Origin: Ascidiella aspersa
Lineage: Eukaryota
Direction of reading: 5' to 3'
NCBI GenBank assembly: GCA_963924565.1
Contig: OZ004612.1
Location: 12,028,001 to 12,092,000, forward strand
Length of the DNA: 64,000 nucleotides
Part shown: piece by piece, positions 26,801-36,400 of the stretch
How the letters are laid out: every line of letters begins with the position of its first letter
How positions within the stretch are numbered: the first letter of the stretch is position 1
Program-made: the position numbers and the translations under genes
The notes under the pieces: model-generated
What the model was told of the DNA's origin: nothing
What the model saw: only the letters and a program-made list of their open reading frames with translations
Databases searched by the model: none

Positions 26801-29800
26801 GTCGCCGCGGTCGCACGCATAAGGGGGTCATCCGAATAGGGGCGACCCGTCAGCCATCGACGTCTTATCGCGAGTCGGCCTGTTTGCGATCTGCCAGCCC
26901 GGCACCTGCGACCTCGATCTTGGGCCTTGACGGATCGCTTTTAGCTGCTGTTGTCGGCTCTCCATTCCCCCCTCTTCCCTGCAACTGCGTTTTTAGGTGG
27001 CGGTCGCGGCCAGAGGGATTATCGCCGCGATTTTTGGTGCTGTGGCGCCTTTGGGGGTTCGTAATGCGCGGGGCAAACAGTGAAAAAGAGCAAGACCGGG
27101 TTTGAGCTTACCCGACTTGACATTTAAGTTTACCTCGTCTTGTATAGGAAAACAGCACTTTTTGCCTTGTTACGCCTTGCCAAAGCCTGGGAATAATTTA
27201 TTTTTGAATTTAGTATAAATAAGGCAACCTAAAGACAAATGCAATCAACATGGTGAAGGCCATTTACACGTGGGTTAAAAACGTCACAATGAAAGTAGGA
27301 ATGTTAACTAGGTTGGAAATTTTATCTTTGTTTACCTTTTTTTTTTTTTTCTGGCATCAGTTACACTTACTTCCCTATATATCGGTCCAACAGTCCATTC
27401 CTCACCGTCAGTCTCAATTCCCAGCTTGGCAAGTTAGGATGTCCGGTATGTTCAAGCGAGTGACTAGGAAACGCGGCAAGTAGACAGCCGGCTCGTCAAA
27501 ATTGTTACAAACCCCGGGTTAAATCGCTATTGGAAGGGAACGAGAAGAGAATGTCTCTACAGATCCGCCGCTGCGGACACCCGTGCGAGGCTAAGCAGCA
27601 AACAATGCGATCTTATCGACGACTTCATACAAGAGCGCCGCGCGCCCGCGCTTTGCACGCAAGCCCTGCATTAACAGTGGAGCGGCAGCGAGGGTCGATG
27701 GGGCGCCTGGTCGGCCTGCCATAGGGCGCTGGCGGGCAAGTCCCATAATCCCCGCCACAGTTTTCGCCGCCCGTTTCGCACGCATACGCGCACGGCAAGA
27801 ATGCGACCGACAGCGACGCTAGCCGTTTTGGTATATAGTTGCTTTTTGGGTTTATTTTTGCTTGCAAGGGGACAAACAGGAACTGTTTCCTGCTGGCCGA
27901 AATTCCGGATCGGTCAGCGCGGAGACTGCTGTCTGGCCCCGTAACTCTCACACGGCGGCCACATGGTTCTTGGTCAAAACTGAGACCAGTCAATTTTACC
28001 TTAGCCCTCTACGCAGCTTCCTCACACTCAACGTATTGAAATTATATCGGTTTCCATCGATAATATTGCTATACATAGGCTACAGTTCACCTGCAATACC
28101 CGAAAAGCGATTTACCTGCACCTATAGCTACTGTATAAGCAACCCCAAAAGATCTCATATTCTAATGTTTTTACATTGTACGTTCGTGGCTTCGTGCTTG
28201 CTAACGTCCTGTTTTTTTCTCGCAGCCATAATCGAGATCCAGTCGGTGGCGGCCGGGGGAGTGGTGCGCTTCGTCAGTCCTGCTACCGGAATGTTTCTCG
28301 CCATGTCCACCAAAGGGATCCTCTTTGGCTCGGTGAGTTGTGAGAGTTTTCCCGAAAAACTGCTTGTCGCCAAACGCTGTTCGCCTAATCGACGGGAATA
28401 CAGAGGCACTGATTTTATGTGCCGAAATCCCCTTAACTTCCTTGATGCGACCACACTGGTCAAACACCTAACGGTTGTTAAATAGGACAATGGGGACGAG
28501 GGGAACTAATTCAAACAACTTAAGGGTATTTCACAGAATTCTCCACTTCATCTGCAAAAGTTCTAAACTGCTTTTGTATCACAGATGTGCACTATATATG
28601 CACATATGAATACAGGATGGGCCAAAAGTAGGATTACAGTTATTCCACAGCGTTGGCTTGGAAAAAGAGGTAGCATTGAATGACCACCACGGTCACCTGA
28701 CCTGACACCAATGGTTTCTTTTTGGGGGGTGTTGAAAAGAACAAGAAGAACCCCAAAACAATAAATTTACTTTTAGACTTTTTCAAAAAAAAATTGTTTC
28801 AAAAGGGATTGCGTCACCTGGCGAAAACGTCCTCCGAAACTCAAGGCAATAAAAAGCGCGCGGCATTTGGCAGGACACGCGAATCGCTTTTGCAAAGTCA
28901 CGCGACACGCGAAATATGCTGCCAGGGGGCGGAGGGCACCTAAACACGGCGCGGCGCAAGACCCTTTCTCCGACCGAAGATTACGCAAAAGTAACAGGAT
29001 TAGCGTCGAAGGCCGCGGGCGAGCTTGCGCGCTAATGCGAGCTCAGAGGGGTCCGCGAAAAACATTACAGCTCGCGATTGTAGATTGATGTTTACAAGGC
29101 GGCCGCTGCACAGCCTAAGCTGCGTTTGATGTGTATCGCCCGCAAGTCCGACCGTAAATTGTTTACAAGGCGATTTCTCGGCGCGTAAACAGATCGCATC
29201 CTCGAGCCTGGGAGAAGGGGCAAAAATGGGTGGGAGGGGCCTTTCGGCGCCGCCCCGATTTTAGGGGTGTTGCAAGCACTCGATGTGCGTGTAAAGGGAC
29301 CTGGGAGCCGCGGGGTAGCCAGTCAAAATTGTTTTCGAACATGCTGGCAAACAGACTCAGTAGCGCTTTGATCAATCACGGCCATTTTTCCGTTCTCGGC
29401 CACTCCCAGTAGTTTCACGGTGCGTTGGCAGCGAGATATGCTAATTGTTTTTCGTCCTGCGCGCCACTGAAGGTGGACCCCTTGGCCCCTCACAGGTCCC
29501 CTGGGCCTCTATTACAAAGGAGGGGTCGATGGCAAAAAAAGACAAACAGACTGATGTGTCGTCAACGGCTGATTACGACAGCTGGTGAAATACCGCGCTA
29601 AAACGTGCAGTTACTGTCTAAAATACGTGCGGGCCCTTGGGAATAGTTATCTGTTGTATTGTAACGCAACCTAATTGGCGTCTAAACGTTTATACACATG
29701 CGGTAATCTGTTAAAGAAACACCTCAAAGGTTTTTAATAAAAGGTATCCTTTTTACGCTTGAGCATTGATCCTAAACACGTCTTACCGCATAGACTATTT

Positions 29801-30239
29801 TGCATCGCTGAAATCGGTAGCAATAAATACGTTTTCACATGGCTTATACAATTTACTTACTACACACAAACTGTAAAAAAATAGTTTTTCATTAGTTAAT
29901 GATTTTGAAAGATCCTATTGAAAACTTCTTGGATCGCAATTTGAGAACCACCACGCTATAAGGTGTATGTCGTTTACATAACTCAGCTGAACATCCTAAG
30001 CTTCCTATATTTAACAAGATGCTTTTACCTTACAGCACCAATACATCCCGGAGCAGTGCGATTTCGTGGAAGAGCCGCTCGATAATCACCAGTCGACCTA
30101 CCACTCGTTGGCGCTGCCACGACGGAACCCGGGCGGCAAAAAGTGGTTCGTGGCCCTGGGCCGACACGGCCAACCTCGCAAGGGCAGTCGGACGGCCCAG
30201 TGGAGGGACTCTGCCCAGTTTCTGCCCCTCGACTTTTAA
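17141..30239 (+). CDS. Fgf3/7/10/22: Fibroblast growth factor, FGF3/7/10/22-like; 3 coding exons (17141-17870, 28226-28332, 30036-30239), 346 aa
   Basis: Exons join in frame (730+107+204=1041 nt) with GT-AG introns of phase 1 and 0 at the classic FGF positions. Core: GDRRRRRLFSKTGFLLQILPNGKIRGT...IIEIQSVAAGGVVRFVSPATGMFLAMSTKGILFGS...CDFVEE...WFVALGRHGQPRKGSRT...SAQFLP. GD-R-RRLFS and SAxFLP resemble FGF10/22; CxFVE resembles FGF3. FGF identity is firm; the subfamily is by eye and less certain. Confidence 0.92.
18839..19098. repeat. ~130-bp tandem duplication in FGF intron 1
   Basis: 18839-18968 and 18973-19098 share AACCGTTCT-AGGCCATTTTT, AAAACACACAATTTTGTCGAGGCGAAA, TAGATCCACC and GGTGTGCAATTTCTCTTTTTTAAATTAATGT. 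Confidence 0.9.
28226..28332 (+). CDS. FGF coding exon 2
   Basis: Branch point CTAAC at 28201, tttttttctcgcag acceptor, GTGAGT donor; encodes IIEIQSVAAGGVVRFVSPATGMFLAMSTKGILFGS. Confidence 0.92.
28613..28775 (+). mobile_element. Tc1/mariner transposon relic in FGF intron 2
   Basis: TA + CAGGATGGGCCAAAAGTAGG terminus, then degenerate FPQRWLGKRGSIE*PPRSPDLTPM..FFWGVLK..KNPKTI (the WPPRSPDL catalytic-region motif) with a stop and a frameshift. Confidence 0.8.
30036..30239 (+). CDS. FGF coding exon 3
   Basis: ttttaccttacag acceptor; HQYIPEQCDFVEEPLDNHQSTYHSLALPRRNPGGKKWFVALGRHGQPRKGSRTAQWRDSAQFLPLDF-TAA. Confidence 0.92.
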   Translation, partial: HQYIPEQCDFVEEPLDNHQSTYHSLALPRRNPGGKKWFVALGRHGQPRKGSRTAQWRDSAQFLPLDF

Positions 30240-31238
30240 GCGGCGCCCTTCAGACGAGGGCCGAAAGGAAAATGAAAAGAAGACGAGACGCGGTCGCTGG
30301 TGGCGCTAGAGAGCGACACCAGCGTTGGCACGTGACGTGTGATGACGTGCCTCCTGAGCAACTACCCTCACTGACAAGTTCGGCCCTAAACGCCAAAGGT
30401 CCCCGTCGAAGAACCTTTCGAAACAGAGACGACTTAACGGACAGCAATCGCTGCCGCTGTTTTCGACCAGCGATTGCGATTCCCCTTATACGAAATTGCA
30501 CATCTTTTTGCCCCCACACACTTATACAGTCTTCAATTTTTCAGCGCAAGTGTTTCTTCGTTCTTTTAAGTTTTCGCGCACTCTCTCGTATTACTGTTTT
30601 GTTTTTCGCCTTACTTCAAACCGCAACACCAGCTTTATTATTTTTTCGCGTTGATTCAAAATGTTTTTTCTTCTCTTATGCTTTTGTCATGTTTTGATTT
30701 GCTTTTTTTGACGTTCGGTGGACGAAAAATCCACCTGATAAGTTATACGGTTGACCGTGACGTCACGCACAGGATGACGCAATGGACTGCGGTCCAAGAA
30801 GTTGGCACAGATTTTACCTCGGCACTGCTAAAACCTGTAACGTATAACGAACCGCACATCTGCAGCGTGCTTTTTTCGTTTAACGCAAATGTAGAACGGA
30901 AAATGTTTCCCAACACCAATTTGACGTTTCCGAAGTAATATTCGGTACAAACCAATAAACGTATAATATAGCATTAACACGCGACTGCAGCTAGAGCATT
31001 AGAGACATTTTTGTTCGCTGGCACAGGTTACCTCTTACCACAAACGACTGCCATGTAATCACCGGTCAACGATTAACGCTTATACCTGCTGCGACTGGCG
31101 CAATGAGCAACTCATCTCGCGAGTACCAAGAAGACAATCTACCTATTTAACGCAACGATTTATAATTATTGCCGTGTGTCACCAATGTGTCATTGTTGTT
31201 GTTCTTCGTTGTGTTAAGTTGCAAAAGACGAGTTCCAG

Positions 31239-31244
31239 AATAAA
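31239..31244 (+). terminator. Candidate FGF polyadenylation signal (a proximal one is at 30954-30959)
   Basis: AATAAA ~1 kb after the stop, followed by T/GT-rich sequence, where the GC-rich 3'UTR-like composition ends. Confidence 0.4.
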
Positions 31245-31832
31245 CTTCTGGCATTGAGAAAGTTGCGTATATTTTTGGTGCGGCTACAAAGGGTTTTAAG
31301 AGTTGAAAGACGATTAAGTCACTTCAGGACTTACTCCCATTGGGAGTGATAAAATTAGCTGAATTTTATTTGGGATATACTTTTAGTTTCAGTTGAGGCT
31401 TGTAGAAATCTCATCGGCTCTGTTTATTTAGGAAAAGCAATCGCTATTTACCAGTGTTATTATTCGACCAAATTGTTTATAAGGAAACGTCTGAAATGGT
31501 CGACCAGGCTTTCAGACCAGAAAAGTAGCAAAACTGGTTAACTTACGTGAACTAGCTGCGAAAGAGCAGAGTGAATATAGAAGAGCCCAAAATAATAATA
31601 TAATTGGTTTATTTTTTTGTCTGTATATACAAGGACGTTTTTGTAAAGCTATATATCTAGACTTTATACAATTACTCCAATTTACAGTAACACTAACAAA
31701 ATCATGACAATTAAACGTGAAAAATCGAAAATGGTTATATTGTGATGATTCCGGTTAAAATATAGTACTGACAAACGATTAAGGTATACTTTAATAATAT
31801 ACCGGGTAGGCTACCTTTGGAAAGGTTGTAAC

Positions 31833-32589
31833 TAGGGCGATTATTTTTTGACCTAAAATATTGGAAATTTTGACCTAAAAAATTGAAATTTTGACAAATT
31901 TTGACCTAAAAATATATTTTTTTGACAAAATTTTGACCTATAAGAAATAAATGTATTTAAACAAAATATTGCTTTTTGAAGTACTACATTAGTGCCCTAA
32001 AGTCAACCACACGTTTTACTGTTTTACTAACTACAGATTTCAACAAAATTCAGTTATTTTTTCAGGTTTATGCATACTCTTGGAATGACTAGTTCATATT
32101 TTGTTATTTCAAAAAAAGTATTGAAGTACCAAAGAAAAACAAGACGCTGGTTATTTTAGAAAAATGTTGTGTAAATAGTTGAAATACAAGGTATGAAAGG
32201 TAAAAATGACAAAATACTGTTCAATATTTGTCCAAATCAGAGATACACACTTACGTAAAGCAAAAACTAAGTTGGAGCCCAACCTAATGCGATAAACTAG
32301 GTCTGGGTGGTTAATTCTACCGGCTCGCGCGTATTCCGTATATTGCTATAGTGAAGATATAATACCATTATAATGTCGTTGCATATCATTTAAATCTATT
32401 TTTTGTGATCAAACGTAAACTAAACGACAATCTTAAAAATATGAATATATATTTTTTTTTTAATTTTGTAAACTATCTAGGTGCATATCTTAAGGATTTT
32501 GACTTGAAAGATTTTGACAAATTTTGACCAAACGTGTAAATTTTGACAAAATTTTGACTTTTTTCACAAGTCAAAAAATAATCGCCCTA
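31833..32589. mobile_element. hAT-like MITE with TTTTGAC subterminal repeats
   Basis: TIRs TAGGGCGATTATTTTTTGAC / GTCAAAAAATAATCGCCCTA; TSD GTTGTAAC/GTTATAAC. Confidence 0.85.
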
Positions 32590-32703
32590 GTTATAACCAA
32601 TATATGTTGGCCTAACCAGGTTTGTATAACAAGCAAGGCCAGGCTAGGAAAGACAATTAGCCTTCGGTGAGTTTCGAACTCTAACTGATCTCACAGTACA
32701 TAC

Positions 32704-32980
32704 CAGTGGTTCTTAACCGGGGTTCCGCGGCACCCTGGTTGCCATTTCTAATGCCCAAGGGTGCCGAGAAATATTTGATAAATTTTAAGAATCTGATTTT
32801 TGCTCAAGTCTTACAAATTTTGGTGTAAAATTAGAGTGGAATAAATCCATTTATAACTCCCTACGTTGTGTAGAGTTGATGTGTGTTGTTTTAGTTTTGT
32901 TTATTGTGACAGTCTAGTGATTTTACCCACCGAAAAATCTTGTAGGGGTGCCATAGGCAATAAAAGGTTGAGAACCACTG
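32704..32980. mobile_element. hAT MITE
   Basis: TIRs CAGTGGTTCTTAACC / GGTTGAGAACCACTG; TSD GTACATAC/GTATATAT. Confidence 0.85.
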
Positions 32981-33118
32981 GTATATATAGCTATATACGC
33001 GGATTTGATGGTTCTGTTGCTTGATGCTAACTGTTGATCTCCAAACACAAAATTGCATGTACGAACAGGAAGCAGCGCGCTATGTTGCTGTGGTCGTTTT
33101 AGACATGCGCTCTTTTGA

Positions 33119-33220
33119 CCCTGTGTAACTCAGTTGGCAGAAAGACGGGCTCGGTATGGCCGAGTGTTAGAAACTCACCTCAGGCCAGATGTTTTTCTAG
33201 CCCTGCCTTGCTTGCAATAG
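33119..33220 (+). mobile_element. Old tRNA-derived SINE copy (an opposite-strand fragment lies at ~32630-32700)
   Basis: CCTGTGTAACTCAGTTGGCAGA A-box-like head and GTTTTTCTAG-CCTGCCTTGCTTGCA body matching the reverse complement of the 61.5-62 kb copies. Confidence 0.55.
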
Positions 33221-33448
33221 AATCCTGATTAAGCCACTGATTTCGGTAATAAAGTTTGTTTTTCAGTAATAACGCAACTAATTTCGATAACAACGTTTCA
33301 GGCGGCACCCGAAATAAAATGAAAAGGTATATATGACTTGTGATTGCACAAAAATATGTGTTAAGCATTTCTTGACTTTTCCGCAAGAGACTCTATTTAA
33401 ATTATCCGTGGTTTCCACATAAAGACACGACATAGGCATGGAAGATTT

Positions 33449-36400
33449 TCACGCCGAGCTGATTGTCATAAGCGGAATTTCTTTGGTAATATCCGAATCT
33501 CTGCTTTCTCTGAAAAAAACAACAAGTATTTTATATCTCGCTCTTTAGCCAAATATATACAACACGTCTTTTATAATTTATAAGACATTTGTTTAATACA
33601 ATTTCTTGTTCGATATTTTGAGGCTGAAACCAATATTAGTTAAATCGGTGAACGGTTTACCCGAGGGCGAAAACCATTTTTGCAGTGGTAAACCAACAGA
33701 TAGGTGTAAATAAGGGGTGAGTGATTTAAGTTGCTATTTACCGCATTGCTAGGCTAGCACATCATATCTATCACCATTCGCAAAATGGTCCCTTCAGCAT
33801 TCATTTTAACTCTTATTACACTTCAAGCCATACAAGAACTATTTTTAACACTAGAATTACCGCGCGGTGAACACACTTAGAATTACCGCGAGCGGTCAAA
33901 ATGACCGTTTGTATAATAAAGAAAAAAAAGTCATAATAATTTAGATTTATTTCATTCTATAAGTTCCCTTTACTATTGAGCGACCTTAACCTTTGTAAGC
34001 GTTAGATTAATACGCTGTAGGCTCCATTATAATATCATGTTCTGAAATATACTTTAGAAGCCATATCTACTAATTGATGCATTGTTGGCTTTCAACCTGC
34101 TTTTTAGCTGCGTAAGGAGAATTTGTTTTTGTATGTTTTCTTTACAACTAACATGAATATTGAAATTGTTTTTAATTGGGTTAAAAATATCAAACATGCA
34201 TTTTTATTATGCTGCTTGTAACATGGACCACAAATAGCTATCCAAGGTATACAAGAACCAAAAAATTAGCAGCGCTTAGCGCAATCTACACATTCAAGTT
34301 TCACACAAGTTATACACAATCCGGAATCTAATCTACAGCATCCACAACACATTTTTGCATTTTATTTTGTCGACAGTCCACATTAGTTTGGAAATACTTT
34401 CGCTTTCTGCTTCCGTCAACCATCGAATTTGGATAAGAATTTTTGAGTCAAAATTATGAACTAACATGTGACTAACTGATACCAGCTACTGCAGCAATTG
34501 TTGCATGGTTGTTTAAAAATAATAGCGACACAAATAGCTATCGTTTAAGGCGATATAATTCGTGGAGGAATTAGAATTTTCTTTACGGTCAAAATGACCG
34601 TTGGCGGTAATTTAAGGTAAATCGATTCTTATCTCATACTGTGGTTATTCTAACAAACTAAAAATTTACATACCAAAAGGTGACCTAGACTGAGGAAAAG
34701 TCAGGGAGTTTCAATATTCTAACAGTTACCTAAGCGGAGATATAAACGATTGAAAATCAAAAACGGTCAAAATGACCGCACCGGTAATTCTAGTGTTAAC
34801 TCATAGAAATAGAAAGGCATATTAAATCGTACACACCGTTTTACAGTTGACTAAAGCGTTAGTCATCATTTGAACACTCAAATTTTGTTGATAGACAAAT
34901 GAACCTAAGGTTGTATGGAAAGATATCTCTAATGTTTACGGCCTCTTTAAAAAATAACTGAGCAAGACATACTGATTTATTATTTAGAGATAATCAGGAT
35001 TTAGTATACTGTCTAAATTTAAAGTCTAAACAGTAAGCAAACGCTTCGCAAAATGTGCTTTGCAACGGTTACGGAACTGTTATCTTATCCTGGAAAGATG
35101 ACTCGCGACATTTAACTCTTACCCGTTCCGCGCAAGACAGCACAGTTTTCCGATCCAGGTATGACGAAGGTGCTCCCCGAGAAACTCTTCCGACTCTTTA
35201 AAGGAAGAGAGAAGTGGGCGACCATTGGTTTCCGGGAAGCAGGAGGCAAGGAGAGCGGCAAAAGCCGCCGCAACACCGAAGATGGTCTGAATAAACCAAG
35301 CATGTTAGTTGCTCATTCTAATTAATACACATCGCATATAGTTTAGACAAATAATCTGACGCATGGACGGTAAATTTTTCCACAGGACGCCCTGTCACCT
35401 GTAGCATTTAATATGCAATATTACCAGATATTGCCTAATTTAACGTCACTATACACGTGACCGTTGTTCACTGACGCGTGACCAAAACGCCTAACTGTGC
35501 GCTTTCAACGTTTCGCGGGCATTCTGTTTTATACGTCTTACTGATTAGCGGCTTGAATCACCGCTTCGTTACATCATTGTGTGTCTGAGGCTTTGTGAAT
35601 ATACCCAACATGCAATTATCTACTGAGTGAAGTGATTTTGTCTAAAGAGTTCAAGAAGTTAAGGACATGTATTTTAGCGGCCTGCTTCTTTGGATTCGGA
35701 TACATAAGGACACGTAAGAGACTTAGGCAGCCGTCGGCTCTCGTCTTCAGAGCCAGCGCCTTATTACCCCTAACTATACAGACCCCGATACGCTACAACC
35801 CTCCTTTGATTTTCAACTTATATCTTGTATCGGATTGTTCATTATAGATAAGTATATTATAAGCCCAAACACAATATGCCTTCGCAAAGGCTTACCAAAA
35901 TCTTTCAGCATTGGTTGCCGTTATCGTTGGCCAGTAGGACTCCAGAAGGACTTGATCTCAGAATACACACTGTGTATATGTACGTTTTAATTAGCGCAAA
36001 ATGAACAATTAGACCAGTGGTTCTCAACCGGGGGTCCACAAAAACTTATAAATCTACCTTATTAATTTAATTAACGCTAGGAAATAACTAACGCTTGGCA
36101 ACATGCCTAATCAGTAATCACAATCTTGGTAAGTGATAAAATCACATTGTAACACGTTGTAAATCGGATCGAGTGTGACAGAACACTTTTATCGTAATGA
36201 AACACAATAAATTGTAAAATGGAAGGCAGAATTAACAGTTATTATATACTGGATTTTGGTTTATGCAATCATTCTCAAAGATGACATGCGTCTAGCTTTG
36301 TCAAAAACACAACCACACATTTTAGACTTGATTCGGCGATGCAGCAGCAGAAATCACTTGTCATAAAATGAATTGGTGTCGTGTGCTACTTTACTCAACA

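Noticed and set aside
10600-27800. Many 60-160 aa ORFs in GC-rich blocks
   Set aside because: Overlapping on both strands, Arg/Pro/Gly-rich and often with non-ATG starts; expected from GC content.
27862-28485. 207-aa ORF as a standalone gene
   Set aside because: Only 28226-28332 is FGF-like and bounded by splice sites; the rest is intron.
30019-30697. 96-aa and 184-aa ORFs
   Set aside because: Alternative frames of FGF exon 3 and 3'UTR with no recognisable motifs.
35896-35969. Poison or alternative exon in SLC22 (minus strand, ends at a GTAAGC donor)
   Set aside because: Weak acceptor without a pyrimidine tract, immediate stop and no homology; the true next exon is 35286-35123.
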